From an uncultured Clostridia bacterium (lineage in GTDB: Bacteria; Bacillota; Clostridia; Christensenellales; UBA1242): a stretch of 64,000 nt of DNA. This document shows positions 1-11,632 of this stretch, in pieces. The first letter of the stretch is position 1. The number at the start of each line of letters is the position of its first letter. The notes under the pieces were generated by a model. That model was not told where the DNA came from, searched no databases, and saw nothing but the letters and a program-made list of their open reading frames with translations. Both the position numbers and the translations under genes were made by a program. The DNA lies in NCBI GenBank assembly GCA_944381145.1, contig CALWJZ010000001.1, positions 136,635 through 200,634 on the forward strand, given 5' to 3'.

Positions 1-745
1 TTTGATTTTCCAGTCCAAGTTTAACAATCGCTCTATTTTCGTCAAGTAATGGAACGATATCAGCAACTGTTGCAAGAGTTGCAATAGTTGTATATTTTAA
101 GGCTTCTTCTAGTCCACCTAAAGCATGAACTAATTTCAAAGCGACGCCAGCTCCACACAATTCTTTGAAAGGATATAATTGATTGTCTAGTTTAGGATTA
201 ATAATTAATGTTTTTGGAAGATCACAAGGGATATCATGGTGATCTGTAACAATAATATCAATCCCTAATGACTTACAATAATCAATTTCTTCCACACATG
301 TTATACCACAATCTACTGTAATAATTAAATCTGGATTATATAAATTTTTAACTTTATCTATACTATCTTTGGTTAAACCATACCCATCAACAAATCTATT
401 TGGTAAAAAAACATTCGTAATTACATTTATACTCTGAAAATATTTGTATAAGATTGCAGAAGCGCTAATTCCATCAGTATCATAGTCTCCCATAATCAGT
501 ATTTTTTTATTACTAATTATATAATATTTAATTTTTTCTACAACTTCTTTCATGTTTTTTAATAAAAATGGATTATACAATTTAGACACGTCCGAAAACA
601 AAAACGCACTAATTTTTTCCTCTGTATCTATACCTCGTGAAAAAAGTAATTTGACTATATCTACGCATAAATCAAATTTATCTGCTAAATTTTGCAGTAA
701 TTTAGTATTAAATTTTTGATTATCAATTTTACTTACAAACTTCAT
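1..745 (-). CDS. recJ: Single-stranded-DNA exonuclease RecJ (5' part; runs off window start)
   Basis: Hand translation from ATG at 745: MKFVSKIDNQ...GDYDTDG...DGYGL...ITVDCGI...TDHHD (DHH motifs)...CGAGVALK...ATVADIVPL; follows secF as in the usual secD-secF-recJ order. Confidence 0.92.
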   Translation of the reverse strand, partial: MKFVSKIDNQKFNTKLLQNLADKFDLCVDIVKLLFSRGIDTEEKISAFLFSDVSKLYNPFLLKNMKEVVEKIKYYIISNKKILIMGDYDTDGISASAILYKYFQSINVITNVFLPNRFVDGYGLTKDSIDKVKNLYNPDLIITVDCGITCVEEIDYCKSLGIDIIVTDHHDIPCDLPKTLIINPKLDNQLYPFKELCGAGVALKLVHALGGLEEALKYTTIATLATVADIVPLLDENRAIVKLGLENQ

Positions 746-756
746 ATACAAACCTT

Positions 757-785
757 AAAATAAGCCCTTTGTAATAAAGGGCTTA
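757..785 (-). terminator. Intrinsic terminator after secF
   Basis: Perfect stem TAAGCCCTTT/AAAGGGCTTA (761-785) followed by a T run on the minus strand. Confidence 0.7.
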
Positions 786-787
786 TA

Positions 788-1813
788 TTACACTATTATT
801 TTATCATCAGATTTGTTTTGCTCAATTGATTTTTTCTTCTCAATTTCAATTCTTCTTTTCAAAATATTATCTTTGCTCTTCTTATACCAAAAAGACCACA
901 AACTAAAATTGAACATATACGCTGAAAATACAGAAATAATTAATCCAATTAATATAGAAATTACAGTATATATTAAAGATAAATCACCAAAAAACATTAC
1001 AGCAAATAATGATAAAGAAATAAGTGAAATAAAAATTATAGTAGGTTTAAATGTTTTAGAAATTGCATCATAAACCCTCTCTGAATTACTATATTTGTTA
1101 TATTTTTCAATGCTTAAGTTACTTCTAATACAATTGTTTACATATGTTATAATAAATGTAGAACAAATAGTCATAACAAAATATGATAAAACAAAATAGT
1201 AATTAAATGGAACTCTAGCCACTATCATTACAATAGTTAGCATAGCAATTTCGAATAAAATTGTCAATACAAAAGTTAAACCAGATACCAAATTATATCT
1301 AATTGAGTAATAAATCAAAACAAATAGCATAATACAAAAAATTGAAAGTATCGAATAACCTATTAATTCATTTGCATTTTTAGGTAAAACATCTGTTGTA
1401 TCTGTAGTTGTAATAATAATTGAACTATCAATTGTATCTTTGCAGTTCGATAATAAATCACTTTCAATAGTATTTTTTAGCTCATCAATCTTGTTATCAA
1501 AAGAGCCATCATCATTGGCGATTCTTACATATAAGCCATTTTGAGCACCTTCACCAATTCTATCAATTCTGAAATCATCAAATTTTTCAGATACAATTAT
1601 ATTTAATTGTTTTGACAATTCTTTATATTCATTTTCAGTAACAGTAGTATTAAACTTAACATTAAAAGTACTAACGTTTCTGAAATCGTAATCTAAATTT
1701 AAACCAAATACTGCTCCAAAAATTATAGATATCACTAACAAAACCATTGGAATTAACATCCAATATTTAAAATTTACAATAAACTTAAATTTAAAATTAT
1801 TCGACTTCATCAA
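788..1813 (-). CDS. secF: Divergent SecF-like protein-export membrane protein
   Basis: One N-terminal TM, an extracytoplasmic domain, then five TMs; overlaps secD; yajC/secD/recJ context; conserved Asp/Arg appear absent. Confidence 0.75.
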   Translation of the reverse strand: MMKSNNFKFKFIVNFKYWMLIPMVLLVISIIFGAVFGLNLDYDFRNVSTFNVKFNTTVTENEYKELSKQLNIIVSEKFDDFRIDRIGEGAQNGLYVRIANDDGSFDNKIDELKNTIESDLLSNCKDTIDSSIIITTTDTTDVLPKNANELIGYSILSIFCIMLFVLIYYSIRYNLVSGLTFVLTILFEIAMLTIVMIVARVPFNYYFVLSYFVMTICSTFIITYVNNCIRSNLSIEKYNKYSNSERVYDAISKTFKPTIIFISLISLSLFAVMFFGDLSLIYTVISILIGLIISVFSAYMFNFSLWSFWYKKSKDNILKRRIEIEKKKSIEQNKSDDKIIV

Positions 1814-3083
1814 CTGCTTCCTCCCTACTAAAGTTTACTTTTTTCTCATTTTTAAGGTTGAAAGCTGTATAATTAACTGCTAATACTTTATTCAAATACA
1901 TACTAGTAAAGGCTGTTGCAGGAATAGTTAAAAGTAAATTAATTGCTAACATTTTTATAGCACTACTTGGAACAATTAATAATAGCAAACTACTTCCAGT
2001 TACTATTAATAATATATCAAGCATAACAAATAAAGCTGATTTATATCCTGATGTAAATGATACAATAAATTTTTTCCCTGATGCATATTCATTTTTAATG
2101 CAATTCAAATAATACATGTGAAGAATAAAGTTTAATATAAACCCAATCATAAAGCCTATCCAACTAGCGAATGTAATCTGAAAATCACAAAAAGCTATTA
2201 TAACAACACTTAACATCAAAGCAAATAAGTATGACAACATCGAAACAAGACCTAATTGTTTGAACAAAATATATCCCAAAGCAATACAAGCTAAAATAAT
2301 AATGACTGTAGTCACATATATCACAATTTTTACAATTTCGCCCAAAGAACCTTTGACTTCAATAGGATCAAGATCAGTAGACATATTAACCCCAATTAAA
2401 GCACTGGCTAATTTATTAGCGTAATCTACACCAGTTTGTTTGTTAGTAATTTCTGATGAAGATATGAATGTATATCCTAAATTATTTTCTTCAGTTACTT
2501 GTGGTTGAGAAAAAACATTTTCATAGTCTTTATTTATATAAATATACATAGTTTTGCTATCGCTTTCACTTACTTCTTTTGTAAGATCAGCAAACTTTTG
2601 TTTACCTTCTTTAGTAAATTCAATGTAAACACCATGAGTTGTGCCACTTACCATATATTCAACTTTTTCAATATCATGACCAGTAATTTTTGCTTCTGCA
2701 TCTTCTCCTTCTGCACTTTTCATTTCAATCAAACCGACAATAAAATTATCACTAATTGAACTATCTGGAACCTCTAAAGTAATTCTATCTGAATCATTTA
2801 AGTAAACTTTAGCATCAGCATATTTTAAATTAAGTAGATATTGAATTCGTTCTACAGTTTTGTTATAGGCATCTTGCTTATTACCTTCATACCAATCAGC
2901 GAGTTCTAAATTATAAGTATTTTTTACACCACCACCTAACTCTAATCCTAAATGTAAATTACCAAGACCCATAAAATTGTAATTTGTTCCTGGTATAGGA
3001 AAAGAAATAAATGTAAGCAATAAAACTAATACAATAAATATGCTAACAAGTACATAATTTCTGACTGCTCTTTTTTTCTTCAT
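1797..3083 (-). CDS. secD: Divergent SecD-like protein-export membrane protein
   Basis: LGLELGGG (SecD LGLDLxGG motif), DRITLEVP, P1 domain then five TMs; TM4 Asp appears absent. Confidence 0.8.
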   Translation of the reverse strand: MKKKRAVRNYVLVSIFIVLVLLLTFISFPIPGTNYNFMGLGNLHLGLELGGGVKNTYNLELADWYEGNKQDAYNKTVERIQYLLNLKYADAKVYLNDSDRITLEVPDSSISDNFIVGLIEMKSAEGEDAEAKITGHDIEKVEYMVSGTTHGVYIEFTKEGKQKFADLTKEVSESDSKTMYIYINKDYENVFSQPQVTEENNLGYTFISSSEITNKQTGVDYANKLASALIGVNMSTDLDPIEVKGSLGEIVKIVIYVTTVIIILACIALGYILFKQLGLVSMLSYLFALMLSVVIIAFCDFQITFASWIGFMIGFILNFILHMYYLNCIKNEYASGKKFIVSFTSGYKSALFVMLDILLIVTGSSLLLLIVPSSAIKMLAINLLLTIPATAFTSMYLNKVLAVNYTAFNLKNEKKVNFSREEAVDEVE

Positions 3084-3332
3084 GTTAACTCCATTTTATT
3101 ACACATTTATAAATATATTAATAATTGTTTCCCGTTTTATAATTTCAAGTCATAATATACGAAAAAATATAACTTTATTAATAAACACTTCAACACAAGA
3201 GTATTATACAATAGTTCTCAAACTTTAGTCAATTTATTTTCAAAGAATTTAATTAACAAATATATTTTTGAAAAAAAAACTATCATAAATATGTCATAAT
3301 TTTGACATTTTATAATAGTTTTTCCATAAATA

Positions 3333-3725
3333 CTATTTTTTTATATTAACAAGAATTATTCCAATAAGTCCACCCATTAATGTTGTAAGTATCAAATCAA
3401 AAAAATTATTTAAGCCAAATGAAAAACTGAATTGAAGAATACTAAATATAACAAAACTTATAAAAAAATATGCTAACCCTAATAATAATCCTTTTAAGAA
3501 ACCTTTCTCCTTATTTGTGTTTAACATAATGTTTATTCCTATAAACAAACTTATAACTTTAATAATTTGATTTATAGGAAATATCCATGAATCTGCAATA
3601 TTAAAAAATCTAATTATCAATGCAAATAATAAAATCAATATTAAAGTTATAGAAACAGATACAAGAGTTCCTTTTAATATAGAAACCAATAAATTATTTT
3701 TTTTATCAATTAATTTCGAATTCAT
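3333..3725 (-). CDS. Four-TM membrane protein, TIGR04086-like
   Basis: 130 aa strongly hydrophobic protein with KEKGFLKG-type segment; sits between yajC and secD as in Clostridia. Confidence 0.65.
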   Translation of the reverse strand: MNSKLIDKKNNLLVSILKGTLVSVSITLILILLFALIIRFFNIADSWIFPINQIIKVISLFIGINIMLNTNKEKGFLKGLLLGLAYFFISFVIFSILQFSFSFGLNNFFDLILTTLMGGLIGIILVNIKK

Positions 3726-3746
3726 AATAAACCTTCCATATTTTTT

Positions 3747-3774
3747 TATAATATATGAATACCATTATTTAATT
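3747..3774 (-). promoter_or_regulatory. Putative sigmaE (mother-cell) promoter of the TIGR04086-like gene
   Basis: Minus strand tCATA-N16-CATATATT resembles the ATA-N16-18-CATAcanT consensus; AT-rich context lowers specificity. Confidence 0.35.
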
Positions 3775-3798
3775 ATGAATATTTAAATAATATTTAAT

Positions 3799-3822
3799 AA
3801 AAAAAAGGCTACTTAGCCTTTT
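3799..3822 (-). terminator. Intrinsic terminator after yajC
   Basis: AAAAGGCT-actt-AGCCTTTT hairpin with T run. Confidence 0.7.
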
Positions 3823-3825
3823 GAA

Positions 3826-4320
3826 TTATTTTGAAGATTTTTTAGTTGAAGATTTTTTTGTAGTTGGTTTTTTATTTGAAGTTTTGACTTCTTCAACAGT
3901 TTCTTTATTATCTTTGCTTTCAGTTTCTTCTTTTGTTTCAGTAGAAGTTTCTGTTTCTATTTTTTTGTTTTCTTGCACTTTGTCTTTATCTTCACCAACA
4001 ACAGATTTTTTATTGTCTATTCCACCTATTGCATTAATATGAATTGTCATAGTTGTTGGATTTTTTGAACTTCCAGTAACTATTGTAACAACTTTGCCAT
4101 CAGTTGTTTCTTCAATACTTTCAACAATACCATACACACCAGCTGTTGTAATAATTTTTGTACCTTTTTTAATTGAGTTATTTAATTCATTTCTTGCTGT
4201 TACTTCTTTCTTTTGTCTTAAATAAGTAGGAACTAACAACGCTACAGCAAGAACTATCAAAACTATTATAATCCAATTCTTTGCTAACCAATCTCCAAAT
4301 GCAGAAAGTAATGTATTCAT
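3826..4320 (-). CDS. yajC: Preprotein translocase subunit YajC with charged low-complexity tail
   Basis: N-terminal TM, RQKK, KKGTKIITTAGVYGIV motif; downstream of tgt. Confidence 0.88.
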   Translation of the reverse strand: MNTLLSAFGDWLAKNWIIIVLIVLAVALLVPTYLRQKKEVTARNELNNSIKKGTKIITTAGVYGIVESIEETTDGKVVTIVTGSSKNPTTMTIHINAIGGIDNKKSVVGEDKDKVQENKKIETETSTETKEETESKDNKETVEEVKTSNKKPTTKKSSTKKSSK

Positions 4321-4449
4321 TTTTTTCTCCTTATACTCTTTAATATAAACATATTATAACAAATACAAAAAAATTATCAAACAAAATATTGTTAGAATAT
4401 ATCAGTTTTTGTAATTAATTTTTTATAATTATAAATTAGTTAAAAATAA

Positions 4450-5619
<1,170 letters not shown>

Positions 5620-5682
5620 TCAAATTATTTATATTTTTTATAAACTTACAAATAAATAATTATTTTTAAAATATAATATTTT

Positions 5683-6738
5683 TTACAAAATTAAGGTTGC
5701 ATCACCAAAACTAAAAAATCTATATTTTTCTTTAACAGCAGTATTATAAATTTGCATTGTTTCATCATAACCACAAAAAGCAGAAACTAACATAATGAGT
5801 GTACTTTCTGGCAAATGGAAATTTGTAATTAATGCATCAACCATTTTAAATTTATATCCAGGATAAATAAAAATGTCTGTTTCTTTTTTACATGCATGAA
5901 TAATTCCATTATTGTCAGTTGCACTTTCTAAAACTCTTACACTTGTTGTGCCAACAGCGATTATTCTTCGGTTTTCACTTTTTGCTTTATTTAAAATTTC
6001 AGCGCTTTTGTCTGATACTTCTATATATTCGCTATGCATTTTATGATTAAGAATATTATCTTCATTTACAGGACGAAATGTACCAAGACCTACATGTAAC
6101 AAAACTTCTACTATTTCAACACCTTTTTCTTTTAATTTTTGAAGTAATTCCTTAGTAAAATGCAAACCAGCTGTAGGTGCTGCACTACTGCCAGTAAATT
6201 TGTTATAAACTGTTTGATATCTATTTTTATCTTTATATTGATTTTTAATATATGGAGGCAAAGGCATAATGCCTATTTGGTCTATAATTTGTTCAAATAC
6301 TCCTTCAAAATCAAATCTAATTATTTTACCTCCAAACTCAGTATTACTCAAAACTTCGCCTTTTAATTCATCAGAAAAATAAATAATAGTACCATTTTTT
6401 AGTCTTTTACCAGGTTTTGCAAGTACTTCCCATGTGTAAAAATCAATTCTTTTTAGTAATAATACTTCAATAATTGCTCCTGTATCTTTTTTACCAAATA
6501 ATCTTGCAGGAAGTACTCTAGTATTATTAACTACAAGCACATCTCCACTATGAAAATAATTAATTATATCACTAAATATTTTATGTTCAATTTGTCCACT
6601 ATCTCTATGATAAACTAGAAGCCTAGAACTATCTCTAGGTTCTTTAGGTGTTTGAGCTATAAGTTCTTCTGGTAAATCATAGAAATAAGTTTTTGTATTC
6701 ATTAAATCGTAATTATTCTTGTTCATTTTTTTCGTCAC
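5683..6738 (-). CDS. queA: S-adenosylmethionine:tRNA ribosyltransferase-isomerase (start may be 6726 or 6702)
   Basis: [51 protein letters not shown]. Confidence 0.96.
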   Translation of the reverse strand: MTKKMNKNNYDLMNTKTYFYDLPEELIAQTPKEPRDSSRLLVYHRDSGQIEHKIFSDIINYFHSGDVLVVNNTRVLPARLFGKKDTGAIIEVLLLKRIDFYTWEVLAKPGKRLKNGTIIYFSDELKGEVLSNTEFGGKIIRFDFEGVFEQIIDQIGIMPLPPYIKNQYKDKNRYQTVYNKFTGSSAAPTAGLHFTKELLQKLKEKGVEIVEVLLHVGLGTFRPVNEDNILNHKMHSEYIEVSDKSAEILNKAKSENRRIIAVGTTSVRVLESATDNNGIIHACKKETDIFIYPGYKFKMVDALITNFHLPESTLIMLVSAFCGYDETMQIYNTAVKEKYRFFSFGDATLIL

Positions 6739-7771
6739 TTTCGATAAATAATTTTAAATATTCTTGAGTTTTTGAGGATATTTTTTTCCCTAAATGTTTG
6801 TATGCATTTGGCAATACTACTCTTCCCCTTGGAGTCCTAGCAATAAAGCCTAATTGCAAAAGATATGGCTCATAAACATCTTCAATTGTGTTTGCATCTT
6901 CTCCTGTGGCAGCAGATAAAGTATTCAAACCAACTGGTCCACCATTAAATTTGTCAATGATTGTTTCAAGAAGTATTCTATCAGTAAAGTCTAGACCTAA
7001 ATCATCAACTTCAAGAATTTCAAGAGAATTTTTGCAAATATTATAATCAATCTTATTACTACCAGAAACTTCAGCAAAATCCCTAATTCTTTTTAATAAT
7101 CTATTTGCAATTCTAGGAGTCCCTCTACTTCTTTTTGCAAGTTCAATACAAGCATCTTTATCAATTGGAGTACCTAGGATATTTGCACTTCTAGTAATAA
7201 TCTTCGATAATTCTTCTGTAGAATATAATTCAAGTCTACAAACTACTCCAAATCTATCTCTAAGTGGACCTGTAAGCATACCAGCCTTAGTAGTTGCTCC
7301 AATTAATGTAAAAGGCTCTACATTAATTCTCATAGTTCTAGCACCAGGTCCTTTCCCCAAAATAATATCCAAAGCAAAATCTTCCATAGCAGGATAAAGA
7401 ACTTCTTCAACAGAACGACTAAGTCTATGAATTTCATCAATAAAAAGGACTTCGTTTCTTTGCATATTGCTAAGAATACTTGCTAAATCAGCTACTTTTT
7501 CAATAGCAGGTCCACTTGTAATTTTTATATTAGTTCCTAATTCGTTTGCTATTATATGAGATAAAGTTGTCTTTCCAAGTCCTGGAGGACCATATAGTAA
7601 GACATGGTCAAGAGCATCTCCTCTTTGTTTTGCTGCTTTTATATAAATATTCAAATTTTTTTTGATTTTTTCTTGTCCTACATACTCACTCATAGTGGTA
7701 GGCCTTAAAGTATTTTCTACTTCAGACTCACTTAAATTTTTTGTAGAGGTTATAAATCTTTCTTCTTCCAT
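6713..7771 (-). CDS. ruvB: Holliday junction branch migration ATPase RuvB
   Basis: LRP...[40 protein letters not shown]. Confidence 0.98.
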   Translation of the reverse strand: MEEERFITSTKNLSESEVENTLRPTTMSEYVGQEKIKKNLNIYIKAAKQRGDALDHVLLYGPPGLGKTTLSHIIANELGTNIKITSGPAIEKVADLASILSNMQRNEVLFIDEIHRLSRSVEEVLYPAMEDFALDIILGKGPGARTMRINVEPFTLIGATTKAGMLTGPLRDRFGVVCRLELYSTEELSKIITRSANILGTPIDKDACIELAKRSRGTPRIANRLLKRIRDFAEVSGSNKIDYNICKNSLEILEVDDLGLDFTDRILLETIIDKFNGGPVGLNTLSAATGEDANTIEDVYEPYLLQLGFIARTPRGRVVLPNAYKHLGKKISSKTQEYLKLFIESDEKNEQE

Positions 7772-7778
7772 AATTTCC

Positions 7779-8369
7779 TTATTTGCTTAAATTTTTCAAA
7801 CATTTTTTAATAATTTCTTCAGTTGTATCTTCTTGTTCTGCAACATTTTTTACAATTTGTGTGGCATTGAATCTTGTTAAACCCATAGCAACAAGTGTTT
7901 CAATAGATTCTTCTACTACATTAGAAGTTATAGATATGCTATTGTTAGACGATATACTTAACTGCAAATCATCGAAAGTATTTTTTAAATCAACAATTAT
8001 TCTTTCTGCTGTTTTTTTACCCAAACCCTTTACTGATGATAAAAGCCTAATATTTTCACTAACAATTGCATCAATCAAATTTGTCACAGGCATAGCCGAA
8101 AGTATAGTAATTGCCATTTTTCCACCGATTCCACTAACACTTGTAAGTTTCAAAAATACAGCCTTTTCTTCTTTAGTAGCAAAACCAAACAATGTTATAG
8201 CATCTTCCCTAACTGCCATATATGTATGTAATGTGGCAACTTCTCCAATATTTGGTAATTCATATATAGTAGTTTCACTAACATTAAGTTCAAAACCAAC
8301 ACCATTACAATTCAAAACTACTAAATTATTTTCTTTTTCTTCTATTGTTCCAGTAATAAATGAAAACAT
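7779..8369 (-). CDS. ruvA: Holliday junction DNA-binding protein RuvA
   Basis: [39 protein letters not shown]. Confidence 0.96.
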   Translation of the reverse strand: MFSFITGTIEEKENNLVVLNCNGVGFELNVSETTIYELPNIGEVATLHTYMAVREDAITLFGFATKEEKAVFLKLTSVSGIGGKMAITILSAMPVTNLIDAIVSENIRLLSSVKGLGKKTAERIIVDLKNTFDDLQLSISSNNSISITSNVVEESIETLVAMGLTRFNATQIVKNVAEQEDTTEEIIKKCLKNLSK

Positions 8370-8381
8370 AATCTCTCCTTA

Positions 8382-8876
8382 TTAATGTATATCTGTGCCT
8401 GAGAGCAATAAATTTGTTTGACTATGACATAATGCAACAGCGAGACCATCTGCAGCATCATCTGGTTTAGGAATTGCTTGTAATTTTAAAATAGCTTTTA
8501 CCATAAATTGAACCTGTTGTTTATCTGCTCTTCCATTGCTAGTTAATGCCTGTTTAATTTGAAGAGGAGTATACTCAAATAATTTAAGATTATTGTGTAT
8601 ACAAGCAAGCAAAATAACACCTCGTGCTTCTGCAACTGCAATTGCTGTTGTTGAATTTGTATTAAAAAACAATTCTTCTAATGCAACATGCTCAGGTTTG
8701 TATTTGTTTATTAATTCACACATACCCTTATAAATTTTTTCTAATCTAACAGGCAAAGTATCTTCTTTAGGCGTTCTTATAACTCCATAATCAATTACTT
8801 CGCTTTTGTATTTTCCTTTTTCTATAACACCGAAACCAACAATAGCAAGTCCGGGATCAATACCTAATATAATCAT
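8382..8876 (-). CDS. ruvC: Crossover junction endodeoxyribonuclease RuvC
   Basis: ILGIDPG, EELFF, YTPLQIK, KPDDAADGLA. Confidence 0.97.
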   Translation of the reverse strand: MIILGIDPGLAIVGFGVIEKGKYKSEVIDYGVIRTPKEDTLPVRLEKIYKGMCELINKYKPEHVALEELFFNTNSTTAIAVAEARGVILLACIHNNLKLFEYTPLQIKQALTSNGRADKQQVQFMVKAILKLQAIPKPDDAADGLAVALCHSQTNLLLSGTDIH

Positions 8877-8896
8877 AATATCACCTAATATTAATT

Positions 8897-8935
8897 AGTA
8901 TATAATTTTATAAAATTCAAGTCAAACAAATGTTT
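8897..8935 (-). promoter_or_regulatory. SigmaA promoter of ruvCAB with an overlapping putative LexA (SOS) box
   Basis: TTGACT (8920-8925)-N17-TATACT (8897-8902); AAAC-N4-GTTT at 8924-8935 overlaps the -35. Confidence 0.5.
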
Positions 8936-8986
8936 TATAAAATAAAAAATATATGCCAACATTTTAGCATATATTAAAAATCGTAT

Positions 8987-9718
8987 TTATTCAGATTTTA
9001 GATTAACATTGTGATAAACTTCTTGAACATCATCACTATCTTCAAGAGCATCAATCATTTTTATAAATGTTGATTCTTTATCTTCAGACAACTCAACATA
9101 ATTTGTAGGAATTAAGCCAATTGAACTATCCGCAATAACAATTGAACTTTTTTCCAAATTTTCTTTTACTTGCTCAAAGTCTTCTGGTGTAGTATAAATT
9201 TCAAATACTTCATCATCAATGCTTAAATCTTCAGCACCAGCTTCAAGAGCAATCATCATCATATCATCATCTGAAACACCATTACCTTTTTGAACATAAA
9301 TTATACCTTTTTTATTGAACAAGTAAGAAACACAACCAGTATTACCAAGCGATCCACCAAATTTATCAAATGTATGCCTAACATCACTTGCAGTACGATT
9401 TTTATTGTCAGTTAGGGCATATACAATAACTGCACTTCCACCAACACCATAACCCTCATAAGTCATACTTTCATAATTAACAGTATTTAATTCACCACTT
9501 GCTTTTTTAATACTTCTATTTATGTTGTCATTTGGCATATTAATTGCTTTTGCTTTAGCAATAATATTTTTTAATTGCGAATTAGAATTTGGATCTGCAC
9601 CACCAAGTTTAACAGCAACAGCAATTTCTCTTCCAATTTTTGTATACATTTTAGCATTTTGTTGGTCATTTTTTTCTTTAATACCTTTTATTTTTGTCCA
9701 CTTATTATGTCCAGACAT
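8987..9718 (-). CDS. YebC/PmpR family protein
   Basis: MSGHNKW, GADPNSN, YEGYG, DNKNRT, LEDSDDVQEVYHN. Confidence 0.95.
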   Translation of the reverse strand: MSGHNKWTKIKGIKEKNDQQNAKMYTKIGREIAVAVKLGGADPNSNSQLKNIIAKAKAINMPNDNINRSIKKASGELNTVNYESMTYEGYGVGGSAVIVYALTDNKNRTASDVRHTFDKFGGSLGNTGCVSYLFNKKGIIYVQKGNGVSDDDMMMIALEAGAEDLSIDDEVFEIYTTPEDFEQVKENLEKSSIVIADSSIGLIPTNYVELSEDKESTFIKMIDALEDSDDVQEVYHNVNLKSE

Positions 9719-9730
9719 ATAAATACCTCA

Positions 9731-10459
9731 TTATTTTAATAAATACATTATAATTCCTGCACTAACACTTGCATTTAAACTTTCAACATTATTATTCATA
9801 GGTATAGAAATGATTATATCTGAAATATTCGTTAATTTGTCACTTACTCCCTGACCTTCGTTTCCAATAATTACTGCAAACTTTTTATTTAACTTAGAAA
9901 CAGTTTTGATATCAACACCATTCATATCAGAACAGACAAATTCCAAATCATATGATTGTTTGATCTGTAATAGATTATCATAATCAGTTTCTATAAAATT
10001 AACGTCAAAAATATATCCCATGCTAGATCTTATGCATTTGTAACTATAAGGATAAACTGAATTTATAGCAAATATGGTGTTGTATCCAAAGGCACATGCA
10101 CTTCGAATAATTGCACCTAAATTACTTGGATCTTGAATATTGTCGAGAATCAAACAATGATCTAATTTGTCAAATTTTTTTTCATGGATTTTTGCAATTG
10201 CAAATATTCCATCTGATGATTTAGCATCAGACAAATATTTACATACACTTTCTGAAATTATATATGTTTGAATATTAAAATTTTTTACTAAATCAAATTT
10301 ATTTTCTATAACAAAAATTTGAGTTATCAAATTCTTTTTTTTCAACTCATTAATAATTTTAAAAGTTTCTACAAAGCAAAGTCCATTTGTTCTAGAAAAC
10401 TTTTTTTCTTTTAATTGAGTACAAAATTTTATTAATTTGTTATCTTTGCTTGTAATCAT
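9731..10459 (-). CDS. TrmH/SpoU family RNA 2'-O-methyltransferase
   Basis: DNIQDPSNLGAIIRSA, IGNEGQG, IPMNNNVESLNASVSAGI. Confidence 0.93.
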   Translation of the reverse strand: MITSKDNKLIKFCTQLKEKKFSRTNGLCFVETFKIINELKKKNLITQIFVIENKFDLVKNFNIQTYIISESVCKYLSDAKSSDGIFAIAKIHEKKFDKLDHCLILDNIQDPSNLGAIIRSACAFGYNTIFAINSVYPYSYKCIRSSMGYIFDVNFIETDYDNLLQIKQSYDLEFVCSDMNGVDIKTVSKLNKKFAVIIGNEGQGVSDKLTNISDIIISIPMNNNVESLNASVSAGIIMYLLK

Positions 10460-10479
10460 AACAACCTATATATAAACTG

Positions 10480-10508
10480 AAAACAAGTATCTTACAATAC
10501 TTGCTTTT
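10480..10508 (-). terminator. Intrinsic terminator after rplT
   Basis: AAAACAAGTAT...ATACTTGCTTTT imperfect hairpin with T run. Confidence 0.6.
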
Positions 10509-10523
10509 GCATATTTTATTTAA

Positions 10524-10880
10524 TTATTTCGCAAGTGCTTTTTTAGCAGTATCAACCAAATTTGCAAAAGTTTTTTCGTCTGATACAGCAAGGTCAGCAA
10601 GAACCTTTCTATTTAAATTGATATTAGCAACTTTCAAACCATGCATAAATTGACTATAAGACATATTATTTAATCTACAACCAGCATTGATTCTAGCAAT
10701 CCATAATTGTCTGAAATCTCTCTTTTTTAGTCTTCTACCTATGTATGCATATTGTCCAGCTTTCATAACTGATTGCTTAGCAACTCTATATAATTTGCTT
10801 CTAGCACCCCAGTAACCTTTAGCACTTTTTAAAATTTTTCTTCTCTTTTTTACTGCATTAACTGCTCTTTTAATTCTCAT
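10524..10880 (-). CDS. rplT: 50S ribosomal protein L20
   Basis: MRIKR...AKGYWG...[15 protein letters not shown]...[10 protein letters not shown]. Confidence 0.98.
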   Translation of the reverse strand: MRIKRAVNAVKKRRKILKSAKGYWGARSKLYRVAKQSVMKAGQYAYIGRRLKKRDFRQLWIARINAGCRLNNMSYSQFMHGLKVANINLNRKVLADLAVSDEKTFANLVDTAKKALAK

Positions 10881-10902
10881 AAGTATTATCTCCTTCTACA
10901 AT

Positions 10903-11097
10903 TTATGCTGAAAGCAACTCTTTAATATTTCTTTCGTTAGCTTTTGCAACATATCCACCCTTTCTAAGTCTTCTTTTTCTAGAAGGTGATTTCTTAGTTA
11001 AGATGTGTCTTCTATTCATTTTATTTTGTTTAATTTTACCTGACTTTTTTAGTTTAAATCTTTTTTTTGCGCCAGAATGTGTTTTTTGCTTAGGCAT
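10903..11097 (-). CDS. rpmI: 50S ribosomal protein L35
   Basis: MPKQKTHSGAKKRFK; start set at ATG 11097 from AGGAG spacing. Confidence 0.97.
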   Translation of the reverse strand: MPKQKTHSGAKKRFKLKKSGKIKQNKMNRRHILTKKSPSRKRRLRKGGYVAKANERNIKELLSA

Positions 11098-11119
11098 AAT
11101 CAATTCTCCTTCATAAGTA

Positions 11120-11632
11120 TTATTTAGTATTTTTTGGTGATAAAACCATTACAATTTGTCTTCCATTAATTTCAGGTTTTGATGTTAAATCACTTACATC
11201 AGACAACATATCATAAAATTTTTGCATAATAGGTAAACCTAGTTGAGGATTAGCAAGTTGTCTTCCAAACATTCTAAGCGACACTTTGACCTTGTCCCCA
11301 TTACTCAAAAATTTTCTAACATTTTTTGCTTTGAATTGCATATCATTATCTGCAATATTCATGCTAAGTTGCATACCTTTAACTTCAGAAACCTTTTGTT
11401 TCTTCTTTGCTTCTTTTTCTTTTTTCATAGTATCAAATCTATGTTTGCCATAATCCATAATTTTGCAAACAGGTGGAGTAGCATTTGGTGAAAGCAATAC
11501 CAAATCCAACCCTTCGTTTTCAGCTTTTTGCATTGCTTCAGAATATGAAACAATACCTAATGCTTCGCCTTGACTTCCTATAAGACGAACTTGTGGAACT
11601 CTAATTTGTTCATTAATAAGTAACTCTTTAAT
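11120..11632 (-). CDS. infC: Translation initiation factor IF-3 with non-canonical ATT start
   Basis: Frame extends 33 codons upstream of the ORF-track start: ATT AAA GAG TTA CTT ATT AAT GAA CAA ATT AGA (IKELLINEQIR) with GGGGGT SD about 8 nt upstream; PPVCKIMDYGK. Confidence 0.95.
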   Translation of the reverse strand: MKELLINEQIRVPQVRLIGSQGEALGIVSYSEAMQKAENEGLDLVLLSPNATPPVCKIMDYGKHRFDTMKKEKEAKKKQKVSEVKGMQLSMNIADNDMQFKAKNVRKFLSNGDKVKVSLRMFGRQLANPQLGLPIMQKFYDMLSDVSDLTSKPEINGRQIVMVLSPKNTK

